The position numbers and the translations under genes were made by a program. Shown here piece by piece: positions 23,273 through 34,671 of a DNA stretch of 64,000 nt. The notes under the pieces are model-generated. The model saw only the letters and a program-made list of their open reading frames with translations, was not told the origin of the DNA and searched no databases. Source of the stretch: Takakia lepidozioides. Taxonomy: Eukaryota > Plantae > Bryophyta. The DNA is taken from assembly GCA_030704615.1 (NCBI GenBank), contig CM060732.1, positions 80,228,001 through 80,292,000 of the forward strand. Reading direction: 5' to 3'. How positions within the stretch are numbered: the stretch's first letter is position 1; each line of letters opens with the position of its first letter.

Positions 23273-26200
23273 GTATCCTCCATGGCTGCAGAATCAGACA
23301 AGAGCTGCAGTGGCAATGAGCGACAGACAGACTAAGAATAAGAAAGCAGAGAAGAGCGAAAAAGATAATAGAAAGAAACCAAAGCACACAGCACAAAGAG
23401 GAAAGCTCACCGGGCAATAGGCGACGGTTGTTGCTCACGCGACTGTCCTCGCCTCGAAAACCCAACACGCACAAAGGACCAATGGGAGGTGGACAGTGCG
23501 AAAGAAGTCCAGCGGGAAGTGGACCCTGCATGTGCGGAGTGACGTGGCGAGATTTCACTGGCGTCCCTTTTTGGCCGCCATCGCATTAAATAGTTGCAGA
23601 CCCCTCACACGTGCTGGCGGTATGCCACTGCACGGACAGTCCAGCAGACGGGATGAGTGGGACTATCGTCAGTCTGTCGTCGTCGCATTCATTAAGTCTA
23701 GCAGACTTACTCCTGATGACAAAGACGGCCGAGCAGACCCAGTACCCTCTACAACAGACTCATATGCCACCGCAAGGACAGACTGACGACTGAGGTTAAG
23801 CGGACTGACGAAAAAACTAAGGTGAGTGCGGAGTCTGGTGCGGAGTCTGATGACGTGCCGCGACGTGACTGGGCCTCCTTACCGTTGTCGCTGCATTTAT
23901 TGCGTCCAGCAGACTTAAACCTAATGACATAACAACCGAACAGACCCACTGCAAACAAACTTGTGCAACAACAAACTCGTATGTCACTGCACGGACAGTC
24001 CAGCAAATGGAAGGTTCAACAGACTGATGAAGAGACTGACGCAGAGTAATTTGCGCGACAACAGACTAATATCCCAAAAGACAAAGTATCCCCTAGGCGG
24101 CCGGGTGATACGGGAGTAAACCGTAAACCGCGTCCAACAGACTTACACGTGATAATAATCACGGCTCAACAGACCCAGCGCAAACAGACTTGCGCCACAG
24201 TAGACTGATTTTGTGACAGTCCAGCTGACTGATATCAGAAGAGACGGACAGACTAGCAGTCCGACGGCTCAGCAGACTCACGACAATGCGGATAATTAAA
24301 AGGTAGTAGTTAAACGGACTCATATCCGAAGAGACGGTCTTCCAGCTGACCAACGGTTCAACAGACTGACGAGAGAAGAGACTTTGGGGATAAGATGAGA
24401 GAAGACACTTCGGAATTCGGCAGGCAGTGACGACCCAGTAGTCCAGTGAAGAACAGACTCACGCCACACCAGACTTGTATCCTTACAGACCAACAGTCCA
24501 GCAGACCAGACTGATATCCCATCAGAACCACGCTTGGCGTCGTCGTCATGCCATGGTTGCATTTCATCCGTCCAGCAGACTTGCATATGCCCATACTCAT
24601 GGCACAACACACTGCTTAGAGAAAGTACTACAAAGACGCAGTCGAAGAGCTTGTTGATCTACGCGCATTTGCAGTTGTAAGGACCTCGAACATCCACAAG
24701 CAACGTGAATCCACATCTCTCAGGCTACGTCTCCTTTCCCATTGTCCAGTTTTCAAGGAGACGGTAGTGGTTGAGATGTGATGTTTCAGGAGGTGCATCT
24801 GGATGTTTGAGGACCTTCGGACTGGATCTTATTCTGTTCACACTCTCCGCAGTTCCCAGACATGTGGTGGCAGAGACGTCCTCCCCTGAACAGTCTCATC
24901 GGTGGACATAAATTCTGCAATGTATACACGCCCCCACATGCATTTGCTTCCGCGATTTCCGCTATCGTGTTACCAATGGTTTCCTGCTCCATACGAAGGA
25001 GCTTGGACTCGGAGACACACCACAAACCGTAAACGCATGCAATTTTTCCACATACCGTCCTAAAAAATAAGCACGTCAGCACAAAACGAAGGCGAAAATA
25101 GTGGAAGCATATACACGATGGTGGCTGTATAGCCCCGCCAGCCCTCTCATGTTTAGGCACACCCTTCATCGTCATTAAAATCGCCATAAACAAGAACAAC
25201 AGCCGCATGCGGGCAAAGTCATGTCCGCAACATTGGACAACAAAGAGCCGCAAGAACGAGACAACAACAACGAGTGGGCGAGTTCGTGGCAGGGTGTTAC
25301 GATCTTCCATGCCCTAAACATGGATGGCGCGGATGGGTTTCTCAGAATGGACGATCCAGATCCTTCGACTGGTAGGGACTGGCAGACTGGCAGACTGGGG
25401 GGCAACAGACGGGCACAGCGGACTGTTGGGTGGACTTGCGGGGACTGGCGTGCACAGCGGACTGGCAGTTTGGCGGACTGAGGGGAACTGGACTCACGGG
25501 CAGCGGACTGGCGGGCAGACTGGCCGCGCCGGACTGGGGGCGTGGCGGGGCTGCCGCAGGCACGGCTAGTGGGGCCGCGGCAGCAGGTGGGCGACCGCGC
25601 GCAGCGGCGGGGTCCAAGTGGGAGGAACCGGGCGTCCGTGCATGGGGCCCACCAGTCAGCTCGCACGTGCGCCATAACGTCCCAATTATTGTAAAATGAG
25701 AGGCATAACTTTGTGTAAAATTCATGAAATCAAATAGTTCCCAGTTTGTGGGTTGCTCCATAAGTGGGACACCTTACGAATTTTACCGGGGTAAAAATGA
25801 CAAAAATTCACCATTGGATTTTTCACCATCGTTATGTGAACGGTCATAGGCCAACATACCCTAGTTAACTTTTTGCTACTCCCCAATGTTAACCATTAAA
25901 GAGGTTCGACTGTAATGTGGATGCTTAATGTGAAAATCATAAGGCTTTAAAAACAAAAAAAGGCCTTAGATTCATTTGTCAGGAAGGTAGATCTACTCTG
26001 AACCGTTGATGTTGAAATCGGATTCCTTTTCCAGTCTTTGTGGATCGGGTTTCTGCACATGGTGACGTCATCATCGTGCCCCATGGCCACCTTTTTGAGT
26101 GAAAGGGGTGGTTTAAAACAGAACGTCAAAACATGAAGACCTGACTTCATCCTAGAGATCCGGCATCCACCAAAAGGGCGGGTTTGGCGTCGATGTGATA

Positions 26201-27244
26201 ATGCCGCGGCCACGTGGGACATGTGTAAGAGCACGCCACGTGCACAGGAAGGACAGCAGCGTGTGGGACACGCGCAGCAGTTCATTTACACGCGCCCAAA
26301 AGGCCCATAATTCCAACATTCTTCTCAATGTGCCAGGTTTTGGATATTTCCTTTCTTTAATTCCTATTTCCAAACATGCAACGGCCCAGATCATCTCAGA
26401 TCCACCAGCTTTTTGTTATCATTGAATTCAAACTCGTACAACACAACCCATTCCCAATATTTGAAGGGCCTTTGTGTCAGAAAATATCGTTGCAAATGAG
26501 AGAAAGACGTAAGTCGGCGTTACTGTCATGGTTACGATGTAGATTTTGAATAACATGATTCACAGGGTCCGTCCCCTTTTTTTTCTTTAAAAAAAAAGAG
26601 GTATAAAAACAGAAATAAAAATTTGAAAAAAGAAATAGTGATGAAATTTCGGGCATGTTGATATGAAAGCTTTAAAAAACAAAAAGCTTTTCCCTTAAAA
26701 AAAAAAAAACCTTGCTCGGATGTTGCGACTCGGTCAAACAAAATGGGAGTCTTTTCTCACTTAAATTAAGGGGCATGATTTGCGGGCGATTCCCTTTCAA
26801 AAAAAAAACAAGACAGGAGTCTGACTCCAGGAATATAAAATTTGAAATGAATATTTTGTTGCGGCTGGTGTAGAGTGCCAGATTATGAATAGAAATTTCT
26901 TAGCAGCATTGTCCACAAGTTTAACTAGTGGGTTGTGAAATGGCAACCAACAAATCCAATTCTGGAGTTTACAAGATCCAGAAGTTAATTAAATAACCTC
27001 ACTATGTTATGAAGGGAAGCGGTCCCTCCCTTTTTGAGTAATTAAAAGGAAACTTGGCTTTACTTATAACTCTGTTATCCTTCAAATAAGTGTTAACTAA
27101 TATACTAAATGTCCCAATTGCTTACATTAGCTAACACAAGATAAGCTCCAACTTGTTGAAAATAATATTTGTATTGGGTTTTCTTAGAAACAAAAGGTGG
27201 GGAAGCCTTGTAAATCATATTAAAACAAGGTGTGATAAGGCGTT

Positions 27245-27810
27245 ACAAAAAGAGCACCTATCGGGCACGTCATTCCACAGACACATTTCCTTCCTTTGGC
27301 AGTCGAGATCTTTGGTTGTTTGCATCATTAGTTCAACGAGTTCCTTCGCACATGTGCCTATCGTGCAGCAGAAAACAAAAGCCTTGGAAGCCCATACGCC
27401 TCTGTTCTTGTAGCTTTTTTTAGACAACGAGTTTCTGTTGCTTTGCAAAAGGCTCAAGCTCAATCTATTTTACGTCGGGCAGAGGTTGCTGGGGCGGCTT
27501 CATCTCGCCTCCCCGCACTATCTGATCCACCCTCTTTCCTGTTGTCTTACCTTCTTCAGGCTGTAGGTGATACTAGAATAGTTTGATTTCTTTCATTGTG
27601 TTAATATATCTAGTTCTACGAGCTTTGGTTGTTTCTTCTTGGGGACATACACCCATTTGTATCACCCCACTTGGGTCTTTTTATAAAGCTATGCAGGATA
27701 TCACGTCTATAAGGTGAGAAGATATATATAAATTCCAGGGCCACTGTCCCTGTTCTCTAAAAAAATAAATAAATAAATAAATAAAAATAAATAAATATAT
27801 ATATATATAT
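27245..27810 (+). mobile_element. 5'-truncated RLE-type (CRE-like) non-LTR retrotransposon tail
   Basis: Manual translation F.PLAVEIFGCLHH*FNEFLRTCA...FFRQRVSVALQKAQAQSILRR matches the C-terminus of restriction-like-endonuclease LINEs; followed by an A/(TAAA)n tail at 27759-27810. Confidence 0.7.
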
Positions 27811-27885
27811 AAAAGGAACAAGACATCATCTCCTCATTTTTGCTTTTGCTTTTGCTTTCGCTTTCGCCTTTTCTTTGCAAAGTAG

Positions 27886-28696
27886 TGTAAAGCCAGATTC
27901 TCGCCCACCCCGTTATTCCTCTTCCTCTACGGGTATTGAGCTATCACGGGGAGGTGTGCTCGGTAAAGCAGGCTAGCGAGATAGGCATGATCCAACGGAG
28001 AGGAGTCGGAATCATTCACATGGGTTAGCAGCACATCCTCACTCACACCTTCTTCATCCAAATCTCTCACAGAGGTACACTAGGGTTTACACACCAAACG
28101 TACACCGCCGCATACTCTTTATCAATATGGTCTACTAAGTTGACGTCTAGAAGGGCAGACCAAGCGATTGAGGGTGGGGGAAATAAAACCCGCTAAGGTC
28201 CGGATTCAATTGGTCAAGGTACACATCGACAGCACAGTCAGGACGTGTGTTGGCGCTTCAATTGTAATTTGCAGCCCCCTTCTTCTGCTATGGATGAACA
28301 AGCTACCCAGGTATTTCGAGCTTACTCGAAAAATACCTAAGGCTTTCAAAATTTACTTTCAGATCAAACTAAATCAGGCGTGTATCGTTGGAAGGCTATT
28401 TCTTTGTTTTGTCCCTGAGGGGCGTGCTGATCTCTTTTATAAACGAAGGCCCACAATCTCATCTAACCAAGTGGCAAGCCCTGATTGGTTATTTGGATTC
28501 CATCCGGGTGTCTGTCCAGATAGGACGCCACCTCATTCTATTTTAGAGATAAGCTAGATGTTAATATAAGACAATACTTAGTTTAAAAATAGATTGTTTC
28601 CAGCTGGTTTCATCCAAGCCATTTTCCAACGGTCATCATCCAATGTCTGTCCATCCAAATGTCAAAAAGGTAGGTAGAGGGAATCTAGCCATTACA
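27886..28696 (-). repeat. 3' LTR
   Basis: Near-identical to 34178-34671 apart from an extra block of about 310 bp (about 28115-28420) and the terminal 9 bp. Confidence 0.9.
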
Positions 28697-28972
28697 TATG
28701 TAAAGCCTCCTGGCACACAGAGAAGCGAGCTCTAGTGAGCCATCTAACAAACACTATGCTTAAGACAGGGAGCAGTGTCGCTCAAAGTCACACCAAGATA
28801 AGATGAAAAAACCGCAACAAGGAAAACCTTGCTCTGCAATTTGAGCGAAGGACAAAACCTTGTTGGGAAAAAACCCCATCTTGTGAGGTGTGCAACCTAG
28901 AAAACTACAAAGAGAAATGAGAGGGATCCTAGGTAGGGACTAGCTGAATAAAATATAGTGTCATGAGTAAGT

Positions 28973-31755
28973 CTAGGTAGCAACTGAAGCAGAATCAAGC
29001 CGAGCACGCTTCCTAGGAGTTAAAACCACATGACGATTCTCCACGTTGAGGCAGGTCAAATCAAACTGCAGCTTAGAAAGGACAAGTTGGGAAACATGAA
29101 CAGTCCCTGCAATCTCCGCCGTATAAGGATGTTGAGGAATGAGACGGTATTGTCGACCAGACAAAATCGCATGAATCAGATAAGGCCCATCGATCCGCAT
29201 TTTGGACTTGGTGACCTGTTTGCCAGGCTGCAACCGAACACAAACAGTCTAGCCTAGAGAAAAACTTTCAGAGTAAACAACCCTACGGTTATAATTCTAG
29301 CCTGAGCAACTTGAGAAACCTGAATGTTGTGTTTAGCAGTCTCTAATAAACGCAAACGATGAGAAGTGAGGTGAGTAAGAAATTCTTCCCATATGATGGG
29401 CTCCCCAACCTAAGTTTGAAGCACAGGGACATGAAGAGGGGTGCGAGCCTTGCGGCCATACAATAATTCAAAAAGAGAAAAGCGAGTGGTGGCATGTACC
29501 GAGGTCCTGTAGGCAAATATGAGAATGGGTAGAGTAACATCTCATTCTTCAGTGAGAGCCCCATTCTTTTCTAACAACTGGCACATGGTTTTGTTGAATC
29601 TCTTTGTAAGCCCGTTGCACTGGGGGTTGTAGGGAGCAGTCAAGCGATGCTTGACATCTAAATTAAAGCACACAACCTCCATCAGCTGGTTACAAAACTC
29701 CGTACCCTGATCAGTTAAAATTTCAAGGGGACAACCATGGCGTAGCAGGATTTCATCAAAGAAGAATTGAACCACCTCGTCACTGTCCTTAGCAACCAAT
29801 GGTCGGATCTCAACCCACTTAGACAGGTAATCAGTAGCCACACCAATGTAGCTATTGCCCTTAGTCGTAGTTTTGAGGGGTCCAACAAGATCAAGACCAA
29901 CTCGGGCAAACATCTCAGTCACCGAAATTGGTTGTAATTTAAGAGGAGCGATGGTCCTAGGCAGCAAAGTTTTGGACTTACATGGAACACACTTAGAAAT
30001 GAAATCTGCCACATCCTTAGTTAACCCCTTCCAATGGTACTTTTCCTGGACTCTCTTGACAGTTTTGTCAATGCCTAAATGACCAGCATAAAGTGAGCAA
30101 TGGTAAAGCTCAAGCAATGCAGGCATAGAGCTCCTAGTAGGGACCTCCATGGCAGTCTCTTGCCCATGAACATGAACTACCTTAAACAACTTACCTTCAT
30201 GCTCCTATGAGAAGGGAGATGATAGCTGACTTGCCTGAGAAGACGGGAAGAGAGGCCCGACAGATGAGTGTTGGTCTTACACTTCTGGAGGAGGGCTTGG
30301 TGAAGTAGGTCCTCCATGGTTGCAGCTGTGATAGCCAGCCCTTGGGTTAGTGTGAGCATAACGGAGTGTCCGCCTCAGTGATTTCCATGGGAAGGCTTTT
30401 AGCTCAACTGAATGACAAGGGAGACTTCATGAAGATGCAACCAAGGACAATGAAGCACATAAGCAGATTTCCCTATGGAGAGGATTCAATGCCAAAACCA
30501 GAACTAGAAGGAGAAAGGTACAGGTCAATTAGAGAAGAGAGAGAGATATCATACCTAGAATATGACCTCAGTGGCAGGACAACACTCTAAACCAATCTCA
30601 ACCAGCAGAAAAGGAAAGCAAATCCCATTCAGACATGAGATCAGGTGGAAGAAAAGGAACAGTACCAAACAAAGCAAGTAAATCGGATCCGTCAGGAGAG
30701 GAAGAAGGCAAGGGTGAAGCACCAGATGGTAAGCAGTGTGCAAGGTCATCTAAGGTAACATAAGGGGCAGAGGACTTAGTCAGTGCGGGTGAGAGCATCG
30801 GCATTGCTGTTGGCTTTGCCTTTCTTGTATTCAATGTCGTACTCAAACATTTGAAGAGTAAGTGACCACCGAGCCAAGCGTCCCGAGAGTGCTCGTGGGG
30901 TTTTGAGAGCCTTCAATGAAATATGATCAGTCTGAATAACAAGGGGCAGCCATGGAGATACTGCCTGAAGTGTTTCACCCCAAAAATGACTGCAAGACCT
31001 TCTTTATCAGTGATGCTATAGTTCTTTTCATGTTTGTCAAGCCGCTTGGAAGCATAGGCCACCACATGTTCCATGCCGTCTCTCTTTTGGCATAGAATAG
31101 CTGAAACAGCCAGGTCAGAGGCATCAGTCTGAAGAATAAAGGGCAGTGAAAAATCAAGAAAGACCAAAATGGGGTGCACTGGTGAGGGCTATTTTGAGTT
31201 TCTCGAAGCAGTGATTTGGGACCGGCCCCAAAGAAAGCGAACATCTTTGCATAACAACTGATTAAGCGCAACAATGTGAGCAAAGTGTTTAATGAAACGA
31301 CGATAGTAAGAGGCTAACCCAAGGAAAACACGGACACAATTTTTCTCACGTGGAGTGGGATATTCCCAGACAGCCTGAATTTTGGCAGGGTCAGGGCTAA
31401 TTAATGCCTTTAGCTGAGAGAAGGTGGCCAAGAAAATGAAGCTCCGTCATGCACAGATCATATTTCTTGGCTTTCCTTTGAGGCCTGCTCCTCTAAGCCT
31501 GCACAGAACTCGCTTCAGATCCAGCATGTGAGAATCAAAGTCAGCTGAGTAAACGTTGATGTCATCAACATACTTGATGCACATTCCCAGCGCAAGTTCC
31601 CTAGAACGTCATCCATGAGACGTTGAAAGGTAGCAGTGGCATTACATAATCCAAAAGGCATGGTTTCAAACTGAAAGAGGCCCATCTTACAGGTGAACAC
31701 AGTTTTCTCCTTGGTTGACTCTGTGAGTGGAACCTGCCAAAAGCCCGTTTGTCTC
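28973..31755 (-). pseudogene. Gypsy pol: reverse transcriptase, RNase H, integrase
   Basis: GFWQVPL..F..MPFGLCNATATFQRLMD; FLGLASYYRRFI; FILQTDASD.AVSAIL..YASK.L..EKNYS..KE.LAV; HLGIDKT..YHWKGL..C..C; DLVGPL..TDQGTEF..YNPQCNG. Many frameshifts. Confidence 0.92.
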
Positions 31756-31759
31756 AAAG

Positions 31760-33625
31760 GTGAGGCTCGTGACCTCTTTGAAGCTAGTATCAAGGATCAG
31801 GGTGAGTTGCGATGGGGAGTGGCCAAGCAGTTGGCTCTTCAGTTGCTTCGTGCAGACATGTCAATCAACTACACCATGCCCGATCGTCCTTATCAACTTG
31901 GTGAGAGTATTTGGAAATACTACACTGACTTGAAAATCACGGTGGTCAAGGCCATTCCGGTACCTTCTGAATGCACTGCCATACTTAAAACCTACTTCAT
32001 TACCGGATAACTTGCATCTGATCAAGTCTACTTACAAAAGTATCCTTATCGCAATGAGAGGCATATGGTAGAGATGATGGATGAGCGCATGAGGTTTAAG
32101 AATGCTAAACTAGGCAAAAGTTGTATGTCTGTTGTTTATTCTGCTCATCAACATACTTCCGAATGTTCTCATGGGGTTGCCATGGTTAAGGGTGGCTCTA
32201 CAGAGGCCTCTCCTACATTACTGGAGGAGGTTAAAACCCTATAACAAGAGCTGCACACTCAGCTTCAAGCTGTCAGGGCAGAAGGATCCTGGAGGGCCGC
32301 ACCTGCCAAGCCTCCTCCTGCTGATTCTCATCGTGGCCATACTCAGACTGGCCCACGGTATGAGGTTAAAGGTAAAATCAAAAGGCCTTGCCAGCAGACA
32401 TTACCTTGCTGGGGGCGGATAATTTGGACCAGCATGGTGCCATTCACTTGGTGATAGCTGGATGGCCTTGCCAAAGACACTCTCCCGCAGGTCATGGGAA
32501 CGGCTTGCATGATGCACGATCGCATTTGTTTTGGGAGATGTTGAGAGTGTTGTGTGACTTGCAGACGAGGCAAGTGCAACCTCTAGCCTATATCTTGGAG
32601 AATGTTCCTCTTATGAGGGACTCTTGGGCCAGGGTTATGGCCAGTGTGCATCAGGTGCGGTCTTGGATTGGATCGGCGGTGCTATTGGATGCAGCAGCGG
32701 TGGGATCACGAGCACATCGACCTCGATGTGCTGAATCATGAAGGCATGTTGATATGAAATTGCATGGATTCTAGACTGTGTTTGGTGTTAATTTTGCATG
32801 TCATGGCATGTCCAATGTGTTCTTCCCACATGGTGTTGCATTCATTTCATTCATTCATTCCATGCTCGTCATAAACCTTGTGTGGCCTGTTTCATTTGTG
32901 GGTCACTTGAGCACTGGACCCGCTTCTGCACCTATGCCGATCTTGTCCCTGGTATGATTGCAGAACACACACAAATTCAACGAGAACAGAAGGGCAAACA
33001 GCCTTTAAATGAAACCGATCGCTTGTGAATGGGCCAAGCGGTCAGTGCATTGTGAAGCCAATAGGAAGCTTAGGAAGGAAAGAGTGCACCCTCTCATGAC
33101 TCAATGCCACATAGGGCACCTCTCGTTTTCACGTGTTGTTGACACAGGCTACACCATGTCTGCTGTTCCATTGTCCGTGGTTCGACTACTTGGTCTCAAA
33201 CTCACCCCAGCCACAGGTCTGCAGATGACCATTGCAAATGGCATGCGTTATGAGCCCCTGTGTTTGGTCACCATCCCTATTAAGGTCAGTTGCAAGTCGG
33301 TCACACTGACTTGCATAGTTACCATTAGCGAGCAATTGCTGTTAGGCTTGGATTGGATGTGTGCTGCAGGGGCCAAGATTGATGTGGTTGAAAACATCAT
33401 GTGGCTTGCCAGTGGCAACTCCTCACCCCCACAAGGTGCAGCTCAGCTCTGTCTCCTTGCCTGCTGGTTGTGCCACTGCGCATCTCTCTCACATGCGCAC
33501 CATTGTTGTTGAAACAAGACGGCAGGCTGGTGAGCAATACAACTGGACACGTTACTTTAAGTTTGCCAAGACGGCTCATTCCACCTTGTATCAGTGGCAG
33601 CCACCTTTGCCTGGTAAGAAGTGTG
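31760..33625 (+). pseudogene. Inverted gag (central part, zinc knuckle) and aspartic protease segment
   Basis: CFICGSLEHWTRFC knuckle (about 32890) and VVDTG..LLLGLDW protease (33130-33360) are on the plus strand, while pol and the gag N-terminus (33905-33630) are on the minus strand. Confidence 0.75.
32388..32730 (+). pseudogene. C5 cytosine DNA methyltransferase catalytic fragment (motifs III-VIII)
   Basis: LPADIT..; LVIAGWPCQ (motif IV); GL.D.RS.LFWE; YILENV (motif VI); LDAAAVGSRAHRPR (motif VIII). Motifs I, IX and X are absent. Confidence 0.88.
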
Positions 33626-34177
33626 GCCCTCCCATTCCAATCCTAGATAACACTGCAACAAAAAGACGCTGCAGGGCCTTGGCCGCTCTGGCCCCTTCAA
33701 ACGCTTGGATGCACTTTTGCCTCTGTTCCGCTTCTTCTTGCGGAGTATGGGTGGGCTTCAGACCCTCCAACGCAACGGTCAACTCAAACTGAGCTACCCA
33801 GTGATCAGAAGGCGTGTCGAGGACCAATTCAGGACGTTCAACCGGAGCACCAAGAGGCGGATAATCAACTTCAATCACCAGACTAAGATCAACCGAAGCA
33901 CGCACGATGCTGGCAAAAACGACTCAAAATGACCAGCGGGAGTTTCTTTGTACGCATTAAACTCAGCGTCAGTTGGAGGATTAGAAGACGAGGCCAGTGC
34001 CGCAAGTTACAGAAATGCAAGTAGATACTATGAAAGCCAGGAGCAAGCAAAAACACGAGCGAGAACTGAAACAGTAGAGCGCCGCCATGGCAACAGTGTT
34101 AGTGTACAGCTACCTGACGTACAAGGAAGGAATGTGTAGCTAATGATTAACGAAATCCTGCAACCCCTTCTCCACCA

Positions 34178-34671
34178 AGATTCTCACCCACCCCGTTATT
34201 CCTCTTCCTCTACGGGTATTGAGCTATCACGGGGATGTGTGCTCGGTAAAACAGGCTAGCGAGATAGGTAGGATCCAATGGAGAGGAGTCAGAATCATTC
34301 ACATGGGTTAGCAGCACATCCTCACTCACACCTTCTTCATCCAAATCTCTCACACATGTACACTAGGGTTTACACACCAAACGTACACCACCGCCATAAG
34401 CGTCGTGCTGATCTTTTTTATAAACGAAGGCCCACAATCTCATCTAACCAAGTGACAAGCCCTGATTGGTTATTTGGATTCCATTTGGGTGTCTGTCCAG
34501 ATAGGATGCCACCTCATTCTATTTTAGAGATAAGCTAGCTGTTAATATAAGACAATACTTAGTTTAAAAATAGATTGTTTCCAGCTGGTTTCATCCAAGC
34601 CCTTTTCCAATGGTCAAGCGTCTGTCCATCCAAATGTCGAAAAGGTAGGTAGAGGGAATCTAGCCATTACA
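34178..34671 (-). repeat. 5' LTR (internally deleted)
   Basis: Copy of 27895-28696 lacking about 310 bp; followed on the minus strand by a TGG-initial PBS-like sequence. Confidence 0.9.

Larger units (their letters stand above)
11930..25861 (-). mobile_element. Large AGTCTG-rich element C (probably MULE-related), split by CACTA element B
   Basis: Sequence either side of element B (11930-12081 and 20359 onward) joins in frame across the ACG TSD. It shares AGTCTG/CAGACT motif richness with the MULE at 1130-4260. The right end near 25861 is only tentative. Confidence 0.45.
27886..34671 (-). mobile_element. Ty3/gypsy LTR retrotransposon, degenerate
   Basis: TG...CA termini flanked by a GTAG direct repeat (27882-27885 and 34672-34675); two LTR copies; RT-RNaseH-integrase order on the minus strand; PBS-like TGGTGGAGAAGGGG at 34177-34164. 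Confidence 0.9.

Noticed and set aside
32388-32741. Functional methyltransferase native to this gypsy element
   Set aside because: It lacks the SAM-binding motifs I and X and interrupts gag between CCTTG repeats.
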